This document shows positions 8,712 through 19,139 of a DNA stretch of 64,000 nucleotides, piece after piece. How positions within the stretch are numbered: the first letter of the stretch is position 1; each line of letters starts with the position of its first letter. Made by a program: the position numbers and the translations under genes. This DNA comes from Promethearchaeota archaeon. GTDB taxonomy: Archaea > Asgardarchaeota > Lokiarchaeia > Sigyniarchaeales > SOKP01. The stretch lies in assembly GCA_019058365.1 (NCBI GenBank), contig JAHPZE010000005.1, positions 64,001-128,000 on the forward strand, read 5' to 3'. Under the pieces are notes generated by a model. The model was not told the DNA's origin, searched no databases, and worked only from the letters and a program-made list of their open reading frames with translations.

Positions 8712-10004
8712 ATGAGTCTTCAAAAATGTTTAGCAAGTCGTAAGGATTGCTCAGGACAGTGTAGAATTTTAGCGATGAAAGAAATCATAGATATTTGTAA
8801 ATCGTCCAACCAAGCAGCACCTATGAAATCTTTATTTGTGGCACTCCCTGATGGACAGGACTATTCTGGTGGATTATATTCATATAAACAAAATGAATTA
8901 ACGTTAATCACTAATAGAGAAAAAACACAATATTCTATGGAAGTCTATCCAGAATTGATGTGGAAAGAATCAATTGCGTTAAATGATTTAATTGATGTAG
9001 GTCTTATTTGGCAATTTCTCTCATTAAAAGTGGAAAGTTTAGGACTTGGAGTATCACAACGTGCAAGAGCACCAAAAGGATTTAATAAACTCATTAATAA
9101 TGTACTTAATCAAAATTATACCTTTTTATATTCAGTAGCGGTTCGAGAAAGAGATCGAGGGGTTTTAGTAGAAGATTCTTCAGGACCACTTCAAATAGAA
9201 GTGGAGGAAGGAACAGTATTACTCGAGACTCCTGAATGTTACAAAGATCGCGCAATCTATAAGAATCAATATGAGGGGATTCCATTAGATGCTGCCATAT
9301 TTAGTCAAACGGAAAAAGCAGTTCCAAACTATACTAATTTGCATCAGATTTCTCAATTATTATGGGCTTGCCAAGGGGAAAATGATCATGCTACTCATGG
9401 AAACAGAGATGCATTGGAAAAAAACGGTTATGGTAGAGTTCATGCTTCAGGATGCGCGGGATACTCCGTTTATCCTATAGTTATCGTAGAGAGTCTTGCT
9501 AATTTACCAAAAGGATCGTACATATATAATCCTGTTGGATATTCGGCGTTAAATCGATGGATAAAGGTGAATGAAAAGATAACTTATGATCATTTTCTTC
9601 AGCATTTTACTTCAGATATTTCTAAAGTAAAAATCGAAAAGGAATTTAACGTTAATTTAACAAATTATGCTATTCTAATATGCATTGATAGAAAAAAGCC
9701 ATGCTCAGGATTTATGCATAGTACAATTGGAAAAGCTTTCATGAACACGAGATATTGGGCTGAAATTGAAGCAGGTATGGCACTAGCAGGACTGCAACTT
9801 CAAACAAATGCTTTAGGGATTCAATGGCAAAAAATAATTATCTCAAATTCAGATGATCCTAAATATAGTAAGCTATTCAATCTCAATCTTGCTGAACAAT
9901 CAATAAATAATATGGCACTTAATCTCATCAATCAGGCAAAAAATGAGAGATTATCGCTTAAAGGGAACTTAGTGCCAGTAGTTTTGTTTTATCTTCAAAA
10001 CTAA
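8712..10004 (+). CDS. Nitroreductase/SagB-like flavoprotein with duplicated domain
   Basis: ISQLLWACQG...RVHASGCAGYSVYP...IEAGMALAGLQLQTNALGI. The N-terminal part has a similar degenerate IDVGLIWQFLSLKVESLGLG. Confidence 0.65.
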   Translation: MSLQKCLASRKDCSGQCRILAMKEIIDICKSSNQAAPMKSLFVALPDGQDYSGGLYSYKQNELTLITNREKTQYSMEVYPELMWKESIALNDLIDVGLIWQFLSLKVESLGLGVSQRARAPKGFNKLINNVLNQNYTFLYSVAVRERDRGVLVEDSSGPLQIEVEEGTVLLETPECYKDRAIYKNQYEGIPLDAAIFSQTEKAVPNYTNLHQISQLLWACQGENDHATHGNRDALEKNGYGRVHASGCAGYSVYPIVIVESLANLPKGSYIYNPVGYSALNRWIKVNEKITYDHFLQHFTSDISKVKIEKEFNVNLTNYAILICIDRKKPCSGFMHSTIGKAFMNTRYWAEIEAGMALAGLQLQTNALGIQWQKIIISNSDDPKYSKLFNLNLAEQSINNMALNLINQAKNERLSLKGNLVPVVLFYLQN

Positions 10005-10026
10005 TAAGGTTAAAAATTATTTTAAT

Positions 10027-10722
10027 TTGATTGGAGGAATAATTTTGAATTTAGTAATGATTGGTGCATTAATATATATAGCTAATATCATCTTATCTAT
10101 AACATTAGCAATAATTATAATTGACAAGCTATATATTTCCAAGAAATTTTCAAAAGAAAAAGATTTTCACTTCTATAACGACTTGTTTTCTTGGGAGATG
10201 TTCTATATTTTTATTGGTATTGAAAATATAATAAAAATATTCTCGCTATTTATTTCTTTTAATAATGAGCTTTCATTTATATTTTTGAGAATTAGAATTC
10301 TAATCGTTTTTTTTCCATTTTGGACGAAAATGATTCATTTAGAGAAAGTTATGGATAAAATTACATACGAAAGGCATTATTTTGCGGGTATTATTCCTCT
10401 TTTTATTGTAATAGTTTTGGGTTTTACAAATATACCAAATTTAGTATTACTTTTAATTTTTTTTTGTACAACATACGTTCCTTTCCTAATTTTGTTTATA
10501 TTTTTTAAAAATACAGGAACCGAAAGAAAAAAAACTTTAAAGGTTATATTTGGTGCCATATTTATTGGATTGGGTTATCTATTTAAACCAGAAATTTTTG
10601 AAGGATATATAGGAATCTCTGAAATCCTTGATGTATTAATTATGTCATTAAACGTCGTTATACCTCTTTCATTTTTAATAGGATTATTGCTAATATTTGA
10701 TAGTTACAGAAATGAATTATAA
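10027..10722 (+). CDS. Multi-pass membrane hypothetical protein
   Basis: About 6-7 hydrophobic segments. Confidence 0.7.
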   Translation: MIGGIILNLVMIGALIYIANIILSITLAIIIIDKLYISKKFSKEKDFHFYNDLFSWEMFYIFIGIENIIKIFSLFISFNNELSFIFLRIRILIVFFPFWTKMIHLEKVMDKITYERHYFAGIIPLFIVIVLGFTNIPNLVLLLIFFCTTYVPFLILFIFFKNTGTERKKTLKVIFGAIFIGLGYLFKPEIFEGYIGISEILDVLIMSLNVVIPLSFLIGLLLIFDSYRNEL

Positions 10723-10798
10723 TTTTTTTACTTAAGATTATTTTCAAAAACAAAATTATTCATTTAATTGATAGGAAAATAAAAGAAAAAAAATATTA

Positions 10799-11239
10799 TT
10801 ACATAATTAATACTTGCGCTTCTCCATCTGTAACAACTTCTTTTTTCTGGTTCAGCACTTTAGTGTCTACATCTAAAAATTGCAGTACTCCACTTTTACC
10901 TTCTTTGGTATATTTCTTTGATACAGTTGCTACAGCAGTCAATGTATCTCCAATAAAGACTGGTTTTTTAAAAACTACCTTTTGAGATGCATAAAGAGCT
11001 CCTGGACCAAATAAATGAACACCAAGTACTGCTGAAATTAATGCTGAACTAAATGCACCATGAACTACCCTTTTACCAAACATCTGTGTTTTTGCAAACT
11101 CCTCATTCACATGAAGAGGATTAAAATCTCCACTGATTCCCGCAAAGAGGGTTACATCGGCTTCTGTAATAGTTTTACTACAAGCAGCAGAAGTTCCTAC
11201 TTCATAATCATCAAATTTAACGATTACAGTTTTCGACAT
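10799..11239 (-). CDS. MaoC/PhaJ-type (R)-enoyl-CoA hydratase
   Basis: FAGISGDFNPLH...RVVHG...FKKPVFIGD. Confidence 0.92.
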   Translation of the reverse strand: MSKTVIVKFDDYEVGTSAACSKTITEADVTLFAGISGDFNPLHVNEEFAKTQMFGKRVVHGAFSSALISAVLGVHLFGPGALYASQKVVFKKPVFIGDTLTAVATVSKKYTKEGKSGVLQFLDVDTKVLNQKKEVVTDGEAQVLIM

Positions 11240-11294
11240 AAATTAAGTTAATGAAGATATAGATAAAAATATTGACTATTCTTCTAAATTCATT

Positions 11295-11558
11295 TCAATT
11301 TTCTTTTCGCTTTATAAAAATTGTTCGCAAGTTATCAAAATCAGTTTTAAAACATATTTGACACTCCTCCTGCACGTCAGGGGTTGTAGGCTCAACACGT
11401 ACTTCATAACCAATTGATTCATACAATTCTACATACTCAGCTACTCTATTTTCTTCGACGGTGAATCCCTTCTCCCAGTCTTTTCCTCTAGGAGGAATCT
11501 CTAAATCTTTATTTACTTGCCTTTTTTCTTTATCTGATACCACAGTTATCCTACTCAA
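11295..11558 (-). CDS. Small conserved-looking hypothetical protein with CxxC
   Basis: WEKGFTVEENRVAEYVELYESIGYEVRVEP...CQIC...RTIFIK. TTG start at 11558 preferred because the longer ORF runs into the repeat/promoter. Confidence 0.7.
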   Translation of the reverse strand: MSRITVVSDKEKRQVNKDLEIPPRGKDWEKGFTVEENRVAEYVELYESIGYEVRVEPTTPDVQEECQICFKTDFDNLRTIFIKRKEN

Positions 11559-11573
11559 TTTTTTTTTCTTTTC

Positions 11574-11681
11574 CGATTCTACAATGGATATAATTATAAT
11601 GTTCAGTTTAAATATTACTCTTTTTTCCATTCCCTCTGAATTGTGCTTTTAGTGGAATTTTATTCTCATTAAACATTTTCT
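11574..11681 (+). repeat. Direct repeat copy 1 (108 bp) flanking the TA module
   Basis: Ungapped match to 12662-12769, 13 mismatches in 108 by hand alignment. Confidence 0.9.
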
Positions 11682-11840
11682 CTTAAAAATAGGGCTTAAT
11701 CACCTGAATATTTGAATGTAGAATTAAAGATTAAAATAAAATTGATTTAATTAGAAAAATGGGAAATTGAAAAAAAATCCCAAATAATTTTATATTGTGG
11801 TTGAATATTATATATATGGGAATAATATATTACATAGGAG

Positions 11841-12107
11841 ATGATTCTTCTGAAAATAAATACTGAAATAAGAAAAGTTGATTCTCAAGGAAGAATCGTA
11901 TTACCACTAAAATGGAGAGAAAAGGAACTTAAAAATGGAGATGAGGTAATAATTCTTGAAGATGAAGGGATTCTTAAGATAATCCCAAAAAAAAAAATTG
12001 ATTTAACTAAATTTTTTGATTCGTTAGAATTCGATGAAGATCTTATAGATAAACTTGAAGAATGGTCCGACTTTGAAAATTATCTTTTAAATAAAAAATA
12101 TAGGTAA
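11841..12107 (+). CDS. AbrB/MazE-family antitoxin (VapB-like)
   Basis: RKVDSQGRIVLP...LKNGDEVII...ILKIIP swapped-hairpin motif and acidic C-terminus. Confidence 0.88.
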   Translation: MILLKINTEIRKVDSQGRIVLPLKWREKELKNGDEVIILEDEGILKIIPKKKIDLTKFFDSLEFDEDLIDKLEEWSDFENYLLNKKYR

Positions 12108-12112
12108 TTCTA

Positions 12113-12559
12113 ATGATATATCTTGATGCAAATATTTTCATTTATGCTTATTTTAAACCAAAAAAAGGGAAATCTATATCAAATAAAATAAAATGGTGTA
12201 AAGAAGAAGCAAAAAAGATTGTTCAAAAAATAAATGAAGAAGATAGTGATTATTGTATCTCGTTAATTCAATTATCTGAAGTGGTCAATCTTCTAAAAAA
12301 TATTATGTCATGGGAAACTTTACAAGAATTTGTTATGGGTTTGATTTCTAATAAATCAGTAGAAATAATTGAGGTAAAAAAAATGCTGTATATCAATGCT
12401 GTTAATAAGATGGTTGAATATGGTATGGATTCTAATGATATTTCCGCATACTTATTAATGAAGGAGAATAATATTAAGGAAATCTATACATTTGATCAGC
12501 AATATGAAAATTTACCTGATATTATTTGCTTACCTCAAATGCCTAAAGAGTTGAAATAA
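12113..12559 (+). CDS. vapC: PIN-domain toxin (VapC family)
   Basis: IYLDANIFIY, SEV, ND, IYTFD acidic tetrad; directly downstream of the antitoxin. Confidence 0.9.
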   Translation: MIYLDANIFIYAYFKPKKGKSISNKIKWCKEEAKKIVQKINEEDSDYCISLIQLSEVVNLLKNIMSWETLQEFVMGLISNKSVEIIEVKKMLYINAVNKMVEYGMDSNDISAYLLMKENNIKEIYTFDQQYENLPDIICLPQMPKELK

Positions 12560-12661
12560 GTTTTAAGTTTTGTTATACTATTGAAATAATATAAAAAAAC
12601 CTTCTAAGCCACACAAAAAAGAAGAACGGCTCAATTCTGTTTCATTTTCTAATTTCTTTAT

Positions 12662-12769
12662 CGATTCTATATTAGATATAATTATAATATTCAGTTTAAT
12701 TATTACTCTTTTTTATATTCCATCTGAATTATGCTTTTAGTGGAATTTTATTCCCACTCAACGTTTTCT
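12662..12769 (+). repeat. Direct repeat copy 2 (108 bp), upstream of oah
   Basis: Matches 11574-11681 at offset 1088. Confidence 0.9.
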
Positions 12770-12859
12770 ATTAACAAATTTTATATTAATTTGGAAAATT
12801 ATCTAAGAATAGTAATAAAAATAAAAGAAATCAAAAAAATCAATATAAATGTGATAGGA

Positions 12860-13819
12860 ATGACTTACACAAAAGAACCAAATTTTACTCCAAAGGATCC
12901 AAAAGAATTTGATTTTAAAGAAATAATTTATGAAAAGAAAGATTGGAAAGCAACTGTCACAATTAATCGTCCAGAAGTCTATAATGCTTATTCAACTCTT
13001 ACATTAATGGAAATGATTGAAGCTTTTCATGATGCTGCCTGGGATAATAAAGTTGCAGTTATTATATTAACAGGAGCAGGTGATAAGGCTTTTTGTACTG
13101 GTGGTGACGTAAAAGAGTATAGAGAACGATTTACCATCAAGCCTGCTGAATATTGGAAATGGATGAGCATTTTTCAAGAAGTTCACGATGTATTTCGCAA
13201 TATTGGAAAACCAACAATCGCAAGAATTAACGGAATCGTCGCAGGTGGAGGTAATGAATGGCAAATGGAATGTGATTTAGCGATAGCAGCAGAACACGCA
13301 ACAATCCAACAAGTAGGGACGAGAGTAGGCTCTGTGGCATGTGGAGGTGCTACTCAATGGTTACCCATCATAGTTGGTGACCGTCGTGCTAGAGAAATCC
13401 TATATCTGTGTGAGCCAATCTCAGCTAAAAAAGCGATGGAATGGGGCTTAGTTAATGAAGTAGTACCCTATGCTGAAATAGATGCTGCAGTTGATAAAAT
13501 GTGCCAGAAACTTATTGACAAATTTCCAGAATGCATGAGATATACAAAACAACAGGTTAATTTCTGGAAGGATTTTGTTTGGCATCAAACAATTGGACAC
13601 GCGAAAGATTGGTTATCAATTCATTATGCTTCATGGGAGCCACTTGAAGGGATGTCGGCTTTTGTAGAAAAACGCCCTCCAAACTATAAGGGTATACGTG
13701 AAAGTCCTCATCCTGAATTTTTATGGGGGCCGCCGTCAGTTACATGTCCCTCTTGTCAAGCAAAATGTATACCTTCTGATTTCGAGTTTTGTGGTAAATG
13801 TGGAGCAAAATTAAAATAA
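12860..13819 (+). CDS. oah: 6-oxocyclohex-1-ene-1-carbonyl-CoA hydrolase (Oah/BzdY-like crotonase) with C-terminal zinc ribbon
   Basis: AFCTGGDVKEY, GGGNEWQMECD, QVGTRVGSVACGGATQWLP; first gene of the bzd operon. Start placed at ATG 12860. Confidence 0.8.
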   Translation: MTYTKEPNFTPKDPKEFDFKEIIYEKKDWKATVTINRPEVYNAYSTLTLMEMIEAFHDAAWDNKVAVIILTGAGDKAFCTGGDVKEYRERFTIKPAEYWKWMSIFQEVHDVFRNIGKPTIARINGIVAGGGNEWQMECDLAIAAEHATIQQVGTRVGSVACGGATQWLPIIVGDRRAREILYLCEPISAKKAMEWGLVNEVVPYAEIDAAVDKMCQKLIDKFPECMRYTKQQVNFWKDFVWHQTIGHAKDWLSIHYASWEPLEGMSAFVEKRPPNYKGIRESPHPEFLWGPPSVTCPSCQAKCIPSDFEFCGKCGAKLK

Positions 13820-13884
13820 ATATTAATAAATTTTTTTATCAGAAAAAAAGGATAAAAATAGCTTAAAAGAAAATAATAGCCATA

Positions 13885-14667
13885 TTGAGTGAAAAACATT
13901 TGTCAAATGAGTTAATTATTGTTGAAAAAGCCGATAATTTAGGTAAAATAATATTCAACAATGGACCATTGAATATATTAACTATACAGATGATGGAGCA
14001 AATTAATAATGCTCTTGAAGGGTTTCTTAAAGATGAATCGTTAAAAGCTGTCATTTTTGCTCATAATGGAAAAGCCTTCTCTGCAGGAGTTGATATTGGT
14101 GATCATATGGGTGACAAAGCTCCTAAAATGATTAAGCAATTTCACGGAATTTTCAGAAAGCTTAACAAATTAAAATGTCCAACTATAGCAAGCGTTAAAG
14201 GAGCCGCTCTTGGTGGTGGGTGTGAAATTGCTATATTCTGTGATATTGTACTTACTTCAGATAAAGCAAAATTTGGACAACCAGAAATAAAAGTAGGAGT
14301 ATTTCCGCCTATTGCTGTTTTAGCTTTCCCCCAAATCATCGGAAATAAGAAAGCTTTTGAATTAATAATGTTAGGTGAAACAATCGATGCTAAAGAGGCT
14401 CAGAGACTTGGAATCTCTAATCATGTTTTTCCGATTGAATCATATGAACAAGAATTTGCTAAATTTATCGAATCTCTTAATACCATAAGCACAATTATTT
14501 TACAATATACAAAGAAAGCATTCAACAAAGCCTTAGGAATCGATTTTAATACCAAATTAGATGAAATTGAAGAATTATATCTTAAAGAATTAATGTCTAC
14601 ACATGATGCAAATGAAGGTTTACAAGCATTCATAGAGAAAAGATCACCAAATTGGCAAAATCATTAA
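13885..14667 (+). CDS. dch: Cyclohexa-1,5-diene-1-carbonyl-CoA hydratase (Dch/BzdW-like)
   Basis: PLNIL, AFSAGVDIGDH, GGGCE, QPEIKVGVFPP, YLKELMSTHDANEGL; operon context. Confidence 0.85.
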   Translation: MSEKHLSNELIIVEKADNLGKIIFNNGPLNILTIQMMEQINNALEGFLKDESLKAVIFAHNGKAFSAGVDIGDHMGDKAPKMIKQFHGIFRKLNKLKCPTIASVKGAALGGGCEIAIFCDIVLTSDKAKFGQPEIKVGVFPPIAVLAFPQIIGNKKAFELIMLGETIDAKEAQRLGISNHVFPIESYEQEFAKFIESLNTISTIILQYTKKAFNKALGIDFNTKLDEIEELYLKELMSTHDANEGLQAFIEKRSPNWQNH

Positions 14668-14735
14668 TTTTTTTAAATTTAATAGGAATTATGTTTAAAT
14701 TAAAATAATAATAAAACAAATTGTAGGAAATTGAA

Positions 14736-15782
14736 ATGAAAGCAGCTGTTTTTGGAAAAGTTAAGGAACCCTTAAAATTAGATAATAATTATCCTGACCC
14801 CAATATTTCCGGCGAGATGGGCCATGCTATAATAAAGATAGAAGCATGTGGAGTCTGTCATACTGATTTTGGTTATTTAGAACATGGTGTACCAACAGTT
14901 AAACAACCACCTCTTATTTTAGGTCATGAAATTTCGGGACGTATTAAAGAAGTAAGTGAAGATGTAAAAAATTTCAAAGAAGGAGACCATGTTATTATTC
15001 CTGCTGTACTTTCCTGTGGGTACTGTGTTAATTGTAGAACAGGCAGAGAGAATATTTGCCTTAATCAGATCATGCTTGGAAATCATATTGATGGAGGATT
15101 TGCTGAGCAAATTAAGGTTCCTATAAAAGATGTTGTACACCTCCCTATTGAAATGTCATTAGAGGAAAGTTGTATAATTTCAGATGCTATTTCAACACCA
15201 TATCATGCTGTAAAAAATCGAGGTCAAGTAAGACCCGGTGATTGGGTAGTTGTGATTGGGTGTGGAGGAATTGGATTAAATGTCGTTCAAAATGTAAAAG
15301 CAGCAGGGGGCTTCCCTATAGCTGTTGATATTGTCCCAAAAAAACTAGAGGTTGCTAAACAAATTGGTGCTGTAGAAACTGTTTTAGCAAAAGATATGGA
15401 TGAAAGAGAAATTGTTGGTGCTATTCGAAAAATAACAGGAGGAGGAGCAGATATAGCTTTTGAAGCCATTGGGCACCCCGTAACAATGAAACAAGCATTT
15501 AATAGTTTGCGAACTGGAGGTCGATTGGTTGCCGTGGGATATTCACCCAAGCGTTGGGATGATTTCGATATTGGTCGTGTAATGTTTCGAGAAATGGAAA
15601 TTATGGGAAGCCTTGGTTGCCGTCCTGTCGATTATCCCCATATTATCGACTTGGTTAAGAATGGATCACTTCAGGTTAAACCGTTAATTACTCACAAATT
15701 CCCACTTTCAGAAATTAATGAAGCGTTTGATGTTATGCGTCGCGGAGAGGGAATTAGAATTATTATTCAATGTCAAAAATAG
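14736..15782 (+). CDS. had: 6-hydroxycyclohex-1-ene-1-carbonyl-CoA dehydrogenase (Had/BzdX-like, Zn-dependent)
   Basis: CGVCHTD, GHE, CGYCVNCRTGRENIC, GNHIDGGFA, GSLGC; operon context. Confidence 0.85.
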   Translation: MKAAVFGKVKEPLKLDNNYPDPNISGEMGHAIIKIEACGVCHTDFGYLEHGVPTVKQPPLILGHEISGRIKEVSEDVKNFKEGDHVIIPAVLSCGYCVNCRTGRENICLNQIMLGNHIDGGFAEQIKVPIKDVVHLPIEMSLEESCIISDAISTPYHAVKNRGQVRPGDWVVVIGCGGIGLNVVQNVKAAGGFPIAVDIVPKKLEVAKQIGAVETVLAKDMDEREIVGAIRKITGGGADIAFEAIGHPVTMKQAFNSLRTGGRLVAVGYSPKRWDDFDIGRVMFREMEIMGSLGCRPVDYPHIIDLVKNGSLQVKPLITHKFPLSEINEAFDVMRRGEGIRIIIQCQK

Positions 15783-15849
15783 AGATTTAATAAAATATTT
15801 AATTTATTTTTAACTTTACAAAATAGAATGAATCAAGGGGATATAAAGA

Positions 15850-16974
15850 TTGTTTGAACAATTTAAAGATTGGTATGAAAACCGTCATAATTATGCAAAA
15901 GAATGGAAAGAACGTACTGGTGGAAAAGTAATAGGAACATTTTGCACATATGTACCTGAAGAAATTCTCTATGCCGCGGATATTCTACCAGTAAGAATAT
16001 TAGGTAGCCACGAGCCACAAGATGTCTCTGAACCGCATATTTTTGCAATGTTTTGCCCTTTCTGTCGTGATTGTTTAGCACAAGGATTAAAGGGTAGGTT
16101 TGACTATCTTGATGGAATCACAATTGCTCAAAGTTGTCTTCATATTAGACAAGCTTTTACGAGTTGGGATCTTCACATTCCAGTAGATTTTAAATATTAT
16201 TTACCACATCCTATGAACGTTCAAAGCCCTCATGCTGTCCCTTATTTAACGGAAGAATTAAAATCATTCAAAAAAGCAATTGAAGATTGGACAGGGAAAC
16301 AAATTACAGATGAGGACATCAAGCGAGGGATTGAAATAATGAATAAAAATAGGCAACTTTTACAACAAGTTTATGAATTGAGAAAAAATGCTAATCCACC
16401 ATTAACTGGTCTTGAGGCGATGTATATGGTAGTGTCTTCACAGATGGTTGATAAACGAGAACATAATAAAGCTTTAGAAGAACTTCTTCAAAAACTTCCC
16501 TCAAGAACATTAGATGATCCAAGTGAACGATTAATGATATTAGGATCTGAAGATGATGATACTAAATTTATAGCAATGGTCGAAGATTTAGGCGCAAGAT
16601 TTGTTATTGATGATCACTGTACTGGTACACGATATTTTAATACAATTGTAAATATAAATGGAGATCCACTGGTTTCAATAGCAGAAAGGTATGTGAAACG
16701 TACGCCATGTCCAAGTAAGGATTGGCCTGAACGTACAAGGCTCGATCGTATTCTCCAATTAGCTAAAGAATATAATGTACAAGGAGCTATTATAATGCAG
16801 ATGAAATTTTGTGATCCTCACGAGTTAGACACAGTTTTTATCAAAGAAGCTTTGGAGAAGGAGCTTGATATTCAGACATTATTTCTTGAATTTGATGTAA
16901 CTGTACCACTTGGTCAATTCAAAACACGTGTAGAGGCATTTCTAGAAATTATAAGAGAGGAGGATCTTTTTTAA
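15850..16974 (+). CDS. bzdN: Benzoyl-CoA reductase, bzd-type, subunit N
   Basis: FCTYVPEE, HIFAMFCPFCRDCLAQGLKGR, DDHCTGTRYF, KFCDPH. Confidence 0.92.
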   Translation: MFEQFKDWYENRHNYAKEWKERTGGKVIGTFCTYVPEEILYAADILPVRILGSHEPQDVSEPHIFAMFCPFCRDCLAQGLKGRFDYLDGITIAQSCLHIRQAFTSWDLHIPVDFKYYLPHPMNVQSPHAVPYLTEELKSFKKAIEDWTGKQITDEDIKRGIEIMNKNRQLLQQVYELRKNANPPLTGLEAMYMVVSSQMVDKREHNKALEELLQKLPSRTLDDPSERLMILGSEDDDTKFIAMVEDLGARFVIDDHCTGTRYFNTIVNINGDPLVSIAERYVKRTPCPSKDWPERTRLDRILQLAKEYNVQGAIIMQMKFCDPHELDTVFIKEALEKELDIQTLFLEFDVTVPLGQFKTRVEAFLEIIREEDLF

Positions 16975-16989
16975 GAAGGAGTGATTAAA

Positions 16990-18300
16990 ATGATGGAAAC
17001 TAAGTACCCAACAGAACCATTAAAGTGTTGGAATAAGGCTAAAGCTCTTAGAGAAAGTTATTATAAAGATTTTGCTGAAGCTCATGATAAGGGTGGTCTC
17101 CGATGGGTAGGAGGAGCATGGTCTTTTGATGCTATTCCTGCCGGTTTAGGAGATGACGTATATTCATTAACTGGGGAACCTTATGGGGCAACTGTTGCGT
17201 TTAATGATAAATTTGCTTTGGAGTGTCAAGAAGCAACTGAAGCGAAGGGATTTGCGCGGGATTTATGCTCTTATATGCGTAATTATTGGGGTTCAATACT
17301 TATAAATAAATATGCATGGCCGCAATTTTCGGAAGAATTCCCTAAACCAGATTTTATTTGGCAAGATCATATTTGTTGTTCACATGCTAAATGGTATCAA
17401 GTTGCAAGTGATCTTGAAGGAGGAATTCCAATGTTCGACATTGATGTATCAGTAGGACCATATGAAGAATTAACAGACCATAAAATTAATTATATTGTTG
17501 GTCAGATGCATGATGGTATAAAATGGCTCGAAAAAATAACTGGAAGAGATTATGATGATGAATTATTAATAAAAGCAGTTAAGAACGAATTTCGTTCATG
17601 TCATTATTGGGCAGCAATTTGCGAGCTTAATAAAGCAATTCCAGCTCCACTAGACGAGAAATCAATGTATTCATTATATGTTCTCGGGACTTTAAAGAAG
17701 TCAGCTCAATGGACAGCCGATTTTTATGAAAAGGAGTTATATCCTGAGGTAAAAGATCGTGTTGCAAGAGGTATAGCTGCCGTAGGAAATGAAAAATGTC
17801 GAATTATGACAGATACTCAGCCCCCATGGGCATTTTTAAGAATTTTTCGCTATTTAGAACAATATGGGTGTGTTTCTATAGGAAGCCTTTACACATTTGG
17901 TCTTATTGGATTATGGGAAGTAAAAGAAGATGGAACATGGGGACCCAGGTCTATTCCTGACATTGAAATTACTAATAGAGATGAAGCTTTACGAGCACTT
18001 GCTGAATGGAATCTTTCTAAACCCGAATGGCAACACTTTTATCATCCAAAACTCAAATCAGATATGATGATTAGAATCGCTAAAGAATGGAAACTGGATG
18101 GTGTTTTTCTGCATTTTAATAGAGGTTGTGAGGGTTTAAGTCTTGGAATTGCAGAAAATCGTTTAGCTATCCAAAAAGCAGGAATTCCAACTATGCCATT
18201 TGAAGGTAACATGGGAGATGAGAGAGAATTCGATCTTGAGCGAACTATGAAGCGTGTAGATACTTTTATGGAATCAATTGGCGTTGAAAAAATAAAATAA
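16990..18300 (+). CDS. bzdO: Benzoyl-CoA reductase, bzd-type, subunit O
   Basis: [53 protein letters not shown]. Confidence 0.92.
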   Translation: MMETKYPTEPLKCWNKAKALRESYYKDFAEAHDKGGLRWVGGAWSFDAIPAGLGDDVYSLTGEPYGATVAFNDKFALECQEATEAKGFARDLCSYMRNYWGSILINKYAWPQFSEEFPKPDFIWQDHICCSHAKWYQVASDLEGGIPMFDIDVSVGPYEELTDHKINYIVGQMHDGIKWLEKITGRDYDDELLIKAVKNEFRSCHYWAAICELNKAIPAPLDEKSMYSLYVLGTLKKSAQWTADFYEKELYPEVKDRVARGIAAVGNEKCRIMTDTQPPWAFLRIFRYLEQYGCVSIGSLYTFGLIGLWEVKEDGTWGPRSIPDIEITNRDEALRALAEWNLSKPEWQHFYHPKLKSDMMIRIAKEWKLDGVFLHFNRGCEGLSLGIAENRLAIQKAGIPTMPFEGNMGDEREFDLERTMKRVDTFMESIGVEKIK

Positions 18301-18349
18301 TATAAATTAAAGTTAAAAAATTTCAATAAAAAATAAAAAATGGTTTAAT

Positions 18350-19135
18350 ATGATAACAGCTGGGATTGATTGTGGTAGTAAAAATACTAAGGTTGTAATT
18401 TTGAAGGATATTAATATTCTATCAACAGCTTCGGTATTAAGCGGATTTGATCAAGAAGAATCAGCACAGCAAGCATTAAATAATTCACTTGAAAAGGCAG
18501 GAATTAAACGTGAAGAGATTAAACATATTACGGCAACTGGAGCTGGAATGGAAGCAATTTCTTTTGCAGACGACAATGTTACAACTGTAACTTGTGATGG
18601 TCGTGGAGCATTTTTTCTTTTTCCTTCAGCTCGAACTATTATAGATATCGGAGCAGAAGAAGGATTAGTAGTAAAACTCGATGAAAATGGTAGAGTTAAG
18701 GATTTTGGAATAAATGAAAAATGTGCGGCTGGAGCAGGTGCATTTATAGAAGCTATGTCTCGAGCATTAGAAGTTAATATCGAAACAATGGGAGAGCTTT
18801 CGTTAAAATCTACAAAACAAATCCCTATGAATGCCCAATGTACAATTTTTGCGGAATCTGAAGTGGTTTCATTAATTCACCAAAAAACTTCAAAAGAGGA
18901 TATAATTCGTGCAGTTCATGATGCAATTGCGGACAGAAACACAAGTATGATACGTCAAATAGGTATTGAGAAAGATGTTGCATTGATAGGTGGCGTTGCG
19001 AATAATATTGGTTTTGTAGAGGCTATGAATAAGAATTTAGGTTTTGATCTCTTAATACCAAAAGATAATATCGCCCCACAATATGTAAGTGCTTTGGGAG
19101 CAGCGCTTATAGCACAAGATAAAATTGGAGGTTAA
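18350..19135 (+). CDS. bzdP: Benzoyl-CoA reductase activator subunit P (ASKHA ATPase)
   Basis: ITAGIDCGS, IDIGAEE, NEKCAAGAGAF, NAQCTIFAESE. Confidence 0.88.
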   Translation: MITAGIDCGSKNTKVVILKDINILSTASVLSGFDQEESAQQALNNSLEKAGIKREEIKHITATGAGMEAISFADDNVTTVTCDGRGAFFLFPSARTIIDIGAEEGLVVKLDENGRVKDFGINEKCAAGAGAFIEAMSRALEVNIETMGELSLKSTKQIPMNAQCTIFAESEVVSLIHQKTSKEDIIRAVHDAIADRNTSMIRQIGIEKDVALIGGVANNIGFVEAMNKNLGFDLLIPKDNIAPQYVSALGAALIAQDKIGG

Positions 19136-19139
19136 AATA

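Noticed and set aside
12731-12859. N-terminal extensions in the track (also 11559-11630, 29190-29330, 34020-34061, 35838-35969)
   Set aside because: They run through AT-rich promoter or repeat DNA; domain homology and RBS positions favour the downstream starts.
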